Shown: positions 1 to 8,885 of the stretch, piece after piece | How the letters are laid out: the number at the start of each line of letters is the position of its first letter | How positions within the stretch are numbered: position 1 is the first letter of the stretch | Assembly (NCBI GenBank): GCA_016933575.1 | Contig: JAFGAR010000028.1 | Span: 128,001-192,000, forward strand | Length of the DNA stretch: 64,000 bases | From: Candidatus Thorarchaeota archaeon | GTDB lineage: Archaea > Asgardarchaeota > Thorarchaeia > Thorarchaeales > Thorarchaeaceae | Reading direction: 5' to 3' | Notes under the pieces: model-generated | What the model was told of the DNA's origin: nothing | Databases searched by the model: none | What the model saw: only the letters and a program-made list of their open reading frames with translations | Translations under genes and position numbers: made by a program

Positions 1-1
1 T

Positions 2-631
2 GTGATGCTCGATATTCAATATCTCTATAAGTATCTCAATGTGTCATATATCAACAAGATCTATATCGACTTGGAAGAAAGCGCTGACTATAGTTCTATA
101 ATGCAGCAGATTGGTGAAATAGCACCATTTAGCTTTGAAGATATTCAATCACCGTTCTCAGAAATAGAAAACTTACTTGACACGCGTGCAGGGCAAGCTG
201 TCTATGGGGCTTATACGCTGAATGTCATTTTCTCCATTCTCTATCTCACATCAGGAATTACTCTTGTTCTTACAATGAAAGTGAGAATGATGAGAAGGTA
301 CTTCTCTCTCTTAAGAGCCCTAGGTACACAAAGCCGAGCTGTGCTTCTATCGGTTCTTATCGATTCAATAATCAGTCTAATATTTGGAGCAATAATAGGA
401 GCTATTGTTGGAATCTTGCTTACATTAATTGTGCTGAGATTTCCGCTAACATATCTCGGTCTTTCAACTGCGATTTCATGGGATAGACTGCCATTAACAA
501 TTTCAATTCCAATTCCTTTGCTAGTTGGACTGGTAAGCATATCAATTGGATTTACTCTGGTTGCAGCTTTCCTTGTTATCAGAAGAGGTTTAGAATCTAA
601 TATAGCAGATGACATCCAGCACTCTGAATAA
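2..631 (+). CDS. ABC transporter permease (FtsX/MacB-like), C-terminal part; 5' end lies outside the window
   Basis: Four hydrophobic segments and the FtsX-type motif 'RRYFSLLRALGTQSRAV'; frame open from the window edge. Confidence 0.8.
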   Translation: MMLDIQYLYKYLNVSYINKIYIDLEESADYSSIMQQIGEIAPFSFEDIQSPFSEIENLLDTRAGQAVYGAYTLNVIFSILYLTSGITLVLTMKVRMMRRYFSLLRALGTQSRAVLLSVLIDSIISLIFGAIIGAIVGILLTLIVLRFPLTYLGLSTAISWDRLPLTISIPIPLLVGLVSISIGFTLVAAFLVIRRGLESNIADDIQHSE

Positions 632-749
632 CGATACATAGAAACGATAAACCATTTCTAAAGCAACTAACAGTGAAAATCATAGGTAAATTGAAAGGAC
701 TAATTGTTGGGTGTTCGCAGATAAGTCATAAATCGGTGGCCATCTACCA

Positions 750-1124
750 TTGGAAAACTTTGATTCTGAATATGATCGTTTCTATAGACTAGCAGCAGAA
801 GATATGGAAGCAGTACTGCGAGAGATAGTCACTTCTCGAGAACCTTGGTACGGTATTGCTCATATTGTAGAAGGCGATGACCAAGATTTCAATTAAAGAG
901 CCAGAACAATCATCAAGGAGAGATTGAAATACATCATTGAGTCAATTCGAACCTCAAATCATCCATATCTTATCATCATAAGTATAATTCATCACGAGTG
1001 GATATTCCATGATGAGAGCATAATCACAGCGATAGCAGAGGCCATCAGACATTCAGAAAATCCAGCATGGCTCTATTATGAAATCAGTAAACATACACAT
1101 TTGATATATCGAAACAAAATATGA
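750..1124 (+). pseudogene. Probable interrupted helical-repeat protein gene (in-frame TAA at 894-896)
   Basis: The frame reads LENFDSEYDRFYRLAAEDMEAVLREIVTSREPWYGIAHIVEGDDQDFN*RARTIIKERLKYIIESIRTSNHPY...AIAEAIRHSENPAW. A similar I-x-x-S-x-x-P-aromatic motif recurs on both sides of the stop. Confidence 0.45.
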
Positions 1125-1140
1125 CGCACTGAATTCTTCA

Positions 1141-1192
1141 TTATTAATAAAAAGAGAGAGATTGGCATGCCCCTGTTTTTTTAGACATGCCA
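1141..1192 (-). terminator. Putative terminator downstream of asnS
   Basis: Inverted repeat TGGCATG (1163-1169)/CATGCCA (1186-1192), followed on the minus strand by a pyrimidine/T-rich tract. Confidence 0.45.
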
Positions 1193-1207
1193 TCGAATTC
1201 AATATGG

Positions 1208-2515
1208 CTATGGAAATATCCGACTCACAGTTCTAGGGAATGGGATACAATCCCTGATGTGTTCAAGATTCAACATCCAAGTAATTAATCGGTCCATTCC
1301 AACCCCAAATCCTGAATGCTGAACACTGCCATATCTACGGATATCAATATACCATTTGTACTTCTCAGGATCATCACCAATTCTATTTAGATTATCAATG
1401 ATTAACTGAGCATCAGTTTCACGTTCGCTTCCGCCAATTACTTCACCAAATCCGCGAGGACCAAGAAGATCACTGTTCTTGTATGTTCTAGGATCTTCAG
1501 GATTGTCCTTCATATAGAATGATTTGATCTCCTTGGGATAGTATTCGACAAATAGAAAGTTATCACTCTCTTTTGTAAGGAATTCCTCAGCTTCGCTACG
1601 AATATCATCGCCCCATTTAATTTCAATACCACCCTTCTGACAGGTCTCTATAGCTTCCGAATAGGTCATTCGGTCAAACGGTGGATTTACTGCAAGCAAA
1701 CGTTTTGGATCGACTTTGAGCTCTGCTAGTTCGTACTTTCTGTTATTCGCCACAGAATGGCACATGTAACTTACAAGTTCCTCTTGTCGTTTCAGATTGC
1801 ATTCATGGTCGCACCATGCTTCTTCAACCTCCAGATGCCAGAATTCAGTGAGATGTTTTCTGGTTCTGGATTTTTCAGCTCGAAATGATGGAGCTAGTAT
1901 GAAGACTTTCTCCATGGCGAATAGCTGTGGTTCGAGATGCATTTGACTGGTCTGAGTCAAGTAGACTTTCTTTCCAAAATACTCCACCTCAAAGAGCTCC
2001 GCACCTTCTTCACCCATTGTTGACACGAACATTGGAGAAGTTGTTTCATAGAATCCCTGGCCGCGAAGATATTCACGAGCTGAATTGAACACTTCATCCC
2101 TGACCTTCAAGATATTGGTGAGCGATCTGGAACGCATCCATAAGTGGCGATTATCATTCAGGAATTCGATGCTCTGGTCTTCAGTGATCGGGAAATCTTC
2201 TGCGAAATGAAGCACATTAAAGTCCTCGACCTGTACTTCATAACCACCTTCCGCTCGCTCGTCAGCCTTCACTATACCAGCGATTGTAACAAGGCTTTCT
2301 ATTAGCATCTTCTCTGCATCAGCATATTGCTCGTCCCTGACTGCAGCCTTTTTAATGACCGTTTGGACAACACCTGAAGGATCTCTAAGGAGAACGAAGA
2401 CCATCTTCTTCTGTTTGCGAATTCGATGGACCCATCCTCGAAGATGGACCTTCTGTCCATCGTATCCACCTTCAAGTACGTCACGTACGTGAATATAGCT
2501 CACTTTAATCACCAC
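1208..2515 (-). CDS. asnS: Asparagine--tRNA ligase
   Basis: N-terminal OB fold (LRGWVHRIR), class IIb motif 2 'PSFRAEKSRTRKHLTEFWHLE' typical of AsnRS, motif 3 'HSGFGVGMDR', C-terminal 'IPFPR'. Confidence 0.92.
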   Translation of the reverse strand: MVIKVSYIHVRDVLEGGYDGQKVHLRGWVHRIRKQKKMVFVLLRDPSGVVQTVIKKAAVRDEQYADAEKMLIESLVTIAGIVKADERAEGGYEVQVEDFNVLHFAEDFPITEDQSIEFLNDNRHLWMRSRSLTNILKVRDEVFNSAREYLRGQGFYETTSPMFVSTMGEEGAELFEVEYFGKKVYLTQTSQMHLEPQLFAMEKVFILAPSFRAEKSRTRKHLTEFWHLEVEEAWCDHECNLKRQEELVSYMCHSVANNRKYELAELKVDPKRLLAVNPPFDRMTYSEAIETCQKGGIEIKWGDDIRSEAEEFLTKESDNFLFVEYYPKEIKSFYMKDNPEDPRTYKNSDLLGPRGFGEVIGGSERETDAQLIIDNLNRIGDDPEKYKWYIDIRRYGSVQHSGFGVGMDRLITWMLNLEHIRDCIPFPRTVSRIFP

Positions 2516-2603
2516 AAGTTTTGGTTAGACCTATTGGAGCCTAACGTCTATGCCCGCTAGTCTTGAGATAAAAGGGTGACGGCCATTATAGGCCATCACA
2601 GAT

Positions 2604-4520
2604 TTACCTGTATCTTACAAACCAGATGATCGCAATAAGAACAATTGCACCAACTGCAATCAATCCGATAGAGAACATATATCGAGCTACTGTCGATTGG
2701 GTCACTGTCACAGTGACTGTAGATTCAGCGCTGTTGCCTCCAATGTCATAGACACGAAGCGTGACAGTATGTGTCCCTTCTAACATTCCCGAGAAATCAA
2801 ACTCGATTATGTCAGAGACCCAGTCTATCGCATTGCCTACAACACCATCTACTATGATAGTATAGTAATCTTTGAAATCATCTACCGCAGTCCAGTTCTT
2901 GATACTCACAATATCTCCTTGAGCATAGATGATATTTCCAGGTGAGTAGGTAATGACTGGAGGTGTAGTATCAGCCTTCACAGTCACTAAGACACTACTC
3001 ATTGCAATATTGTTGCTAGTGTCATTCACATAGATTGTGAAATTATGAATACCAATAGCTAGGCCATTCAGACTGATTGAAATAATCGGTTCAATTGGAT
3101 CAATGCTACCGGAGGCATATGTCTCATTGTTATCAGTTATATTGTACTTACTGGGGTAGTCATCAATAACTGTCCAACTTAGAGTGTATCCAGTTTCTGA
3201 GAAGAAGAACTCAACGGGATCAGGACTCTCGATGACTGGTGTAATATTCTCATATAATCTAAGTGAAACAACATCTTCAGCGAAATTGTTATTTTGGTCA
3301 TAAGCAACCAGCTTGATCTCATAAACACCAATGATGAATTTTGGAAATGCAGCACTAACATTGTATACATAGTCATACGTTGAATTGACCCACGAAACTG
3401 TCACATTGAGTACATCATCAACATAGACCTTGATAGTTGCAGGATATTCATCTTCAAGATGCCAAGTGATTGTGACATTCTCTGAAGTAATGAGTACGTC
3501 TTGGTCGACAGGACCTGTAATCACTGGATTTCGGAGGTCACTAGATACAGAAGTCAGATTGTAATAATAGTCGCCAAGACCCACTGGCTGTCCGCCATAT
3601 GTGATTGTCCAGTTGATAAAAGCAACGGGTAGATCTACGAATAAAACAGTCCCATTACTGCCTGTAGTCTTTGTATCAATGATTGTTCCATTCTTATACA
3701 TGACTTGAATCTGAGCACCTACGAGCGGTTCAAAACTTGTTTCATAGTATGTAAAGACTTCAAGGTCATAATAGTCAGGATTCCCTGTTAGAGGTCCAAT
3801 ACTCTGGTAGACCAGTTGTTGTGTGCTATTTGCCTCAAGTAAGCCCCAATCGAGGAGATAGCCTTTGTAGTAGGGGTCATCTAGGACAGATAATCGCCAA
3901 ATATAATCACCATCAGGAATATCAGAGAAATCAGCATTGCCATCAACAACCTCAACTTGAGCCCATATCGAGTCATTGGAACTGTAATGAATTGAGAAGT
4001 TGAGATTATTTGCAGGATTGAACTCAATATCTGTGATAGTTGCATTCAGATCATCTTGGTCATTATCCCAGTCAATGTTTCCGAACAAGATATTCAAGTT
4101 GGCCTCGGGACCATTGGATACTATCTGACCAGTTTTATCTGGAGTAATAGGGTCTGAAGCGTGAGAAACATTCCATTTGTAGGTTCCAATAGGGAGATTG
4201 TAGAAGTATGCGAACCCATTTCCATCAGTGTATTCCTCATCCTCAAGAGCCATTGTTGATGCATTGAAGAGACGGACCCATGCGTTGTTTAGAGGATTTG
4301 TACCATTAAGGACCCTGAATTCAAAATCGTCATCATTGAAAGCTTGTAACGCATTGAAAACGCGCACATTAACAACGTAAGCTGTTGTTGATGGAGCGTA
4401 GGGTGTGTCGACTAGAGATATAGTTGTCACCGGACTGCTATTGAAAGCAATCGGAATGACTGCACCGGCTATGAAAAACGCCGTGAATAGTAATGCAAAT
4501 GCTCTATGTGATTTGCTCAT
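2604..4520 (-). CDS. Membrane-anchored cell-surface protein with Ig-like/beta-sandwich repeats
   Basis: N-terminal signal peptide, three 'PVI...W...D' repeats, many N-x-S/T sequons, C-terminal TM helix followed by RYR. Confidence 0.75.
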   Translation of the reverse strand: MSKSHRAFALLFTAFFIAGAVIPIAFNSSPVTTISLVDTPYAPSTTAYVVNVRVFNALQAFNDDDFEFRVLNGTNPLNNAWVRLFNASTMALEDEEYTDGNGFAYFYNLPIGTYKWNVSHASDPITPDKTGQIVSNGPEANLNILFGNIDWDNDQDDLNATITDIEFNPANNLNFSIHYSSNDSIWAQVEVVDGNADFSDIPDGDYIWRLSVLDDPYYKGYLLDWGLLEANSTQQLVYQSIGPLTGNPDYYDLEVFTYYETSFEPLVGAQIQVMYKNGTIIDTKTTGSNGTVLFVDLPVAFINWTITYGGQPVGLGDYYYNLTSVSSDLRNPVITGPVDQDVLITSENVTITWHLEDEYPATIKVYVDDVLNVTVSWVNSTYDYVYNVSAAFPKFIIGVYEIKLVAYDQNNNFAEDVVSLRLYENITPVIESPDPVEFFFSETGYTLSWTVIDDYPSKYNITDNNETYASGSIDPIEPIISISLNGLAIGIHNFTIYVNDTSNNIAMSSVLVTVKADTTPPVITYSPGNIIYAQGDIVSIKNWTAVDDFKDYYTIIVDGVVGNAIDWVSDIIEFDFSGMLEGTHTVTLRVYDIGGNSAESTVTVTVTQSTVARYMFSIGLIAVGAIVLIAIIWFVRYR

Positions 4521-4659
4521 TCAAGTTCACTCTCGATAGGGGCTGAAGATGGCAAATCCAATGCCATCTAACGCTTGGCGGCGTCGAACTAGAATGCAGC
4601 ATAAAAGGCTTACCCTAGTTCCAGCAGTGCACCAGTTTGCCGTGATTTATGCATAACTT

Positions 4660-4848
4660 CTAAGATGACCTTGTCTGTCGTCCCATTCTGTATAGACCAA
4701 GGAGATTCAGAACCAAAGCCATACCAGTTAAGACACCTATAATGAAATCAAGAATCTGAACATCAGCAACAAGGAATCTATCAGCTAAGATGGCAATCGC
4801 TAAACAAATTCCGCCAATTGGAATTAACCATTCATCTTTTAGTAACAT
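4660..4848 (-). CDS. Small two-TM membrane protein
   Basis: ATG at 4848 preceded by GGAG; two hydrophobic helices with a basic tail. Confidence 0.6.
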   Translation of the reverse strand: MLLKDEWLIPIGGICLAIAILADRFLVADVQILDFIIGVLTGMALVLNLLGLYRMGRQTRSS

Positions 4849-4967
4849 CAGTAGTTCTCCTAGAATGAATCTCTTGAATACCAATGATAACCTTACGTTC
4901 TAAGCCAAATTGGCAATCATACTAGGACGACGGAATTGCATCGTTTGCAAGAGAGGATAGTCTAGGT

Positions 4968-5804
4968 CTATAGATGATTCTCAATCCACTGGAATATATC
5001 ACCGAGAAACTCATCCCCTCCAGGTTCTTCAAATGGCTCGTGATACAAACCAGGGTAGAATTTCCAAGTCTTGTCCTCAGAATTAATGTTATCAAAGAAT
5101 TCTTTGTTTTTGTCAGGAATTAGAATCATATCATCTCCAGTCTGTTGAACCAACACGGGCAGTTTTATTCGATTTGCAGATTCAAACAGTCTCTTACTTG
5201 CTTTGAGTCCTTCAATTGCATACCGAGGCGTCGCTTTGTCAAATCTTAGTGGATCTTCTTTGTTTCTTTGAACAACATCCTGATTTCTTGAGATGAGATC
5301 TATCTTCAATCCATTATCAATGTAGGTCTTGACATTGATTTTTGATAGCAAGGTGCCAATCATTCTAGTTGCCTTCCCAACTTCAAGTCTCTCAGACACT
5401 GCTGGGCATGGCATAATTAAACCATCAATTGGTGCATTTGGATATTCAAGAATATAGCATCCAATGAAGACACCACCAAGAGAATGTCCATACATGAACA
5501 TCTTTTCATCAGGATGAGCCTCTTTGATTTCGTCAACTAGAACTTTCATATCTTCAAGATGCTCATTGAAACTCTCAATATGGCCCTTGCGACCCGGGTA
5601 TGTACCAAATCCCCTCATATCCGGAGCATAGAATAGAAATCCTTTCGATGCAAATTGCTCTGCAACAAAAGAAAGCAAGCCACTATGTGAACCAAGGCCA
5701 TGAAATCCTAGAACTACAGCACGTGGTTCTCCTTCGGGTTTCCACACCCTAAGCAGCATGATTGTCCCATCATATCCTGAATAATGCTCTTCTTCACCTG
5801 ACAT
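4968..5804 (-). CDS. Lysophospholipase / monoacylglycerol lipase-like alpha/beta hydrolase
   Basis: HGLGSH, DMRGFG, nucleophile elbow GHSLGG, catalytic D (GDD) and H (LYHE). Confidence 0.88.
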   Translation of the reverse strand: MSGEEEHYSGYDGTIMLLRVWKPEGEPRAVVLGFHGLGSHSGLLSFVAEQFASKGFLFYAPDMRGFGTYPGRKGHIESFNEHLEDMKVLVDEIKEAHPDEKMFMYGHSLGGVFIGCYILEYPNAPIDGLIMPCPAVSERLEVGKATRMIGTLLSKINVKTYIDNGLKIDLISRNQDVVQRNKEDPLRFDKATPRYAIEGLKASKRLFESANRIKLPVLVQQTGDDMILIPDKNKEFFDNINSEDKTWKFYPGLYHEPFEEPGGDEFLGDIFQWIENHL

Positions 5805-5868
5805 TTATTCCACACAGCACACACAGAATATGCAAAATTACCTATTTGTCTTCCGAAGTTCCCAAATA

Positions 5869-6687
5869 TCAACTGGTGAGTAATGCAAATTGCATTCGAG
5901 GGTAATCAATAATAATTTCAAGACTCTTTAAGAAATCAAATCCAATGATTCCATTCTCAATGAGATTACCCTTTGGTGAAACTCTACTGAGATCTATGAC
6001 TGTTGCAGTAGATTTTTCCAGTCTTTGAGAACCAATAGATATGGAATCAAGCGAAGCTATTTTTAGTTCAACATCACCACCAAGACCTCGAGCAATTCCA
6101 TTGATTGGTTCTGCACTGGCACCAATATTTGTGGCAAAATCTGGTGTAAGCACTGTATTTCCTGCCCCAGTATCAAGAACAAAATCAAAAGGTCCACATC
6201 CGTTAACTACGACAGGAACTCCAATCAAATGTGAGTCTTTGATATACTCAAAGGGACTCCAGATAATGGAATCAGTTGAATCATTATCAGAGAAGCGATC
6301 CTTATCGATGCAAAGTTTCTTCCGTGAGTAATTCAAAGACAATATGCAGTGTTTAAGCGTTGAATGACCAATCACACCATCGCGCTTTCCAGCTCCTTGT
6401 AACATAGCATTAAGATCCAAGACATAGACTTCATCTTCATTGAATGTGAGAGGACCTATACCAATTGTAGCTATCGCATATTCAGTAGGTATCCCGCTTC
6501 CGAGACCTCTTGCATCGGATTGTTCCCTCTTATAGGTAGATATCCCCAATTTTTCAGCTAATGACTTGGTGAGAGTTGTTGTAGAAGCTCCTGTATCAAA
6601 AACAAATTGAAAAGGACCATATCCATTGACATGGACTGGTATTTTCACAAGGCGAGTACCAGATTCAATTTCAAACTCAATATCCAT
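5869..6687 (-). CDS. Two-domain retropepsin-like aspartyl protease
   Basis: Two homologous halves, each with a catalytic D-T-G (FVFDTGAS, FVLDTGAG) and a G-x-I-G motif; likely start MDIEF at 6687. Confidence 0.85.
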   Translation of the reverse strand: MDIEFEIESGTRLVKIPVHVNGYGPFQFVFDTGASTTTLTKSLAEKLGISTYKREQSDARGLGSGIPTEYAIATIGIGPLTFNEDEVYVLDLNAMLQGAGKRDGVIGHSTLKHCILSLNYSRKKLCIDKDRFSDNDSTDSIIWSPFEYIKDSHLIGVPVVVNGCGPFDFVLDTGAGNTVLTPDFATNIGASAEPINGIARGLGGDVELKIASLDSISIGSQRLEKSTATVIDLSRVSPKGNLIENGIIGFDFLKSLEIIIDYPRMQFALLTS

Positions 6688-6697
6688 AGTATCGCCT

Positions 6698-7498
6698 TCA
6701 GAAATCAGGTTTTCGGCCATACACGTAGGCACTATAGGCTCCGTACATACTTGAACCAGCCTTTCCAGCTATTTTGACATCTACGAATCCAACATCTTTC
6801 ATATGTTGAAGATATTCATCATCAAGTATAGCTCCACCAATACAACCTGTATATGTTACAACTTCGTCTTGGATTTCTTTTGACAATGGTCGTGATAGAA
6901 CGATATCAGAAACCATCATTCTACCACCGGCTCGCAAAACTCTGAAAGCCTCGTGAAACACTTTACTCTTATCTGGAGCCAAATTGATGACACAATTACT
7001 GATAACAACATCAACAGAACTATCATCTAGAGGGAGATCCTCGATATCTCCATAACGAAACTCTACGTTTTCGATGCCGAGCTCTTCAGCATTCTTCTTA
7101 GCCTTGTTTATCATTGCAGGAGTCATATCAACACCAATTACTCTCCCGGTAGTACCCACTTTACTACTAGCGACGAACATATCGAGACCTGCGCCACTAC
7201 CTAAATCAAGTACGATCTCCCCCTCCTTTAGGCTTGCAAGCGCTACAGGATTTCCACACCCTGCAAAAGACTCTGTTGTTGAAATCGGCATTCCATGAGT
7301 ATCATAGCCAAGTGCTTGAGCAAGATCAATGCGCGTGACCTTCCTAGAGGAGGACTCACCGCAGCAACTTGATGATCTCTTAATATCAGGTTCGCAGCCA
7401 CAACTTACATCGAGGTCTGCAACCTGAGTGTACGCTTTCCGAACTTCTTCCTTAATTTCATCAGGTTTCATATCACTAATTTTTTTCATGTCTGTCAT
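6698..7498 (-). CDS. arsM: Arsenite S-adenosylmethionine methyltransferase
   Basis: N-terminal CC, 'GCGNP', SAM motif 'VLDLGSGAG', 'VISNCVINL', 'GCIGGA': the conserved ArsM cysteines. Confidence 0.92.
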   Translation of the reverse strand: MTDMKKISDMKPDEIKEEVRKAYTQVADLDVSCGCEPDIKRSSSCCGESSSRKVTRIDLAQALGYDTHGMPISTTESFAGCGNPVALASLKEGEIVLDLGSGAGLDMFVASSKVGTTGRVIGVDMTPAMINKAKKNAEELGIENVEFRYGDIEDLPLDDSSVDVVISNCVINLAPDKSKVFHEAFRVLRAGGRMMVSDIVLSRPLSKEIQDEVVTYTGCIGGAILDDEYLQHMKDVGFVDVKIAGKAGSSMYGAYSAYVYGRKPDF

Positions 7499-7638
7499 AC
7501 AACCACCGTCTTCGAGGGATTCCTATTCGATAGATCTTCGACGCAATAGGATGCTGATTCATATGAATTATCAGTTCTCTTACAATCGTTAAGAAATCGT
7601 CTTGATTTGCAGGATTTCATTTTCTTATCATTGTCCAT
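7495..7638 (-). CDS. Unannotated 47-aa Cys-containing peptide upstream of arsM
   Basis: Manual translation MDNDKKMKSCKSRRFLNDCKRTDNSYESASYCVEDLSNRNPSKTVVV*. GGTGA RBS upstream; its TGA overlaps the arsM ATG (ATGA). Confidence 0.55.
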   Translation of the reverse strand: MDNDKKMKSCKSRRFLNDCKRTDNSYESASYCVEDLSNRNPSKTVVV

Positions 7639-7651
7639 TCAATCACCAACC

Positions 7652-7715
7652 ATATTGGACATCCAATATTGGACATCCGATATATAAATTTAAATGTATC
7701 GGACATCCAATACAT
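7652..7715. promoter_or_regulatory. Three palindromic operator boxes flanking a bidirectional TATA element
   Basis: ATATTGGACATCCAATAT (7652-7669, perfect 8-2-8), ATATTGGACATCCGATAT (7666-7683) and ATGTATCGGACATCCAATACAT (7694-7715); TATATAAATTTAAA at 7681-7694. Confidence 0.8.
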
Positions 7716-7719
7716 CAAT

Positions 7720-8097
7720 ATGAGAGGTCCCGCTAAATCAGAACCGTGCTGTCCACCAGATTGCTGTGATATGAGAGGACTTCTAACCTTCCAAATTCTC
7801 TGGGAGCTTGAACAAGAGGAATTAAATGGGCAGCAGATTGCGGATAAAATTGCCAAGAGAAGAGGTATCAAACCGACGCCAGGCACAATTTATCCCGCGC
7901 TGAAAGAGTTGAAAGAGGGAGGGCTTATCAGCGGCAGAAAAGAAGGAAGGCAGATTTTGTACAGTCTAACATCTGAAGGTAAAAAAGGATTGGAGCAAGC
8001 TTCGGTTTATTTTCATCAAGCCTTTGGTGATATTGCAGAAGATGTCAAGGTTAAGGTCAAGGTCATCGTAATTGATGATGATGATTGTAGATGTTGA
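7720..8097 (+). CDS. PadR-family winged-helix transcriptional regulator with Cys-rich termini
   Basis: 'MRGLLTFQILWEL...NGQQI...PTPGTIYPALKEL...Y.LT..G' PadR signature; N-terminal CCPPDCC and C-terminal CRC; likely leaderless start ATG 7720. Confidence 0.85.
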   Translation: MRGPAKSEPCCPPDCCDMRGLLTFQILWELEQEELNGQQIADKIAKRRGIKPTPGTIYPALKELKEGGLISGRKEGRQILYSLTSEGKKGLEQASVYFHQAFGDIAEDVKVKVKVIVIDDDDCRC

Positions 8098-8205
8098 TAA
8101 CAATCGTTATGCATATTATTCCTTAAATTTAAAAGACGATTTATATACTAAATCTTGTTCCTTATATACTATATAAGGCCAGAGAACAGGCAGGAGTATG
8201 AGCAG

Positions 8206-8814
8206 ATGCCACGTCCAGATCCAATAACGAAAATCGAGAACGTTGTCGCCTCGGTCATTTTAAACCAGCGACTGGACCTCGATGAGATAGCAGCTACAAT
8301 GCCTAATGTTGAATTCGACCCGGAACAATTCCCAGGTCTTGTCTATCGACTAAAGAAACCCAAGACAGCTACGCTCATCTTTAACTCAGGAAAAATGGTC
8401 TGCACTGGAGCGAAATCTGAGAAGGAATCAAAACGTGCAGTGCATAAAATTGTCAAGAACATCAAAGAAGCAGGTATTGAAATAACTGGTAAACCAATCA
8501 TTGTTGTCCAAAACATTGTAGCCAGCGCAAGCCTTGGGGCAGAGCTCAATCTTGAACTCGCTGCAATGAAGTTGGAAAATACGCTCTACGAGCCAGAGCA
8601 GTTCCCAGGCTTGATATACAGAATGAGAGACCCCAAGGTCGTTATCCTTTTGTTTGGATCTGGTAAACTTGTTATTACTGGAGCAAAGTTTGAACCGCAA
8701 ATTGACGAAGCAGCTTTGAAGGTCATGGACCGTCTACTTGAGCTTGGAGTCATGAGGATTCCTGAAGGAGAAGACTGGGGTCAAGCAGTAACCGAAGTTG
8801 ATGATGAATGGTAA
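8206..8814 (+). CDS. tbp: TATA-box-binding protein
   Basis: Two direct repeats 'NVVAS...PEQFPGLVYR...LIF.SGK.V.TGAK', acidic C-terminal tail; start MPRPDP after GGAG. Confidence 0.97.
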   Translation: MPRPDPITKIENVVASVILNQRLDLDEIAATMPNVEFDPEQFPGLVYRLKKPKTATLIFNSGKMVCTGAKSEKESKRAVHKIVKNIKEAGIEITGKPIIVVQNIVASASLGAELNLELAAMKLENTLYEPEQFPGLIYRMRDPKVVILLFGSGKLVITGAKFEPQIDEAALKVMDRLLELGVMRIPEGEDWGQAVTEVDDEW

Positions 8815-8885
8815 ACTAAAAAGGTTCTCAAGACTCGATATTTGGGAACCATCACTTGTTTTACCTAATGTGTCTTTGAAACCAT

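Noticed and set aside
7652-7715. Short repeats considered as a mini-CRISPR
   Set aside because: Units are 16-18 bp, two overlap, there are no spacers and no cas genes; an operator fits better.
8086-8100. PadR gene ends TGT AGA TGT TGA TAA, a possible terminal selenocysteine (C-R-C-U)
   Set aside because: No SECIS-like structure was recognised downstream and tandem stops are common.
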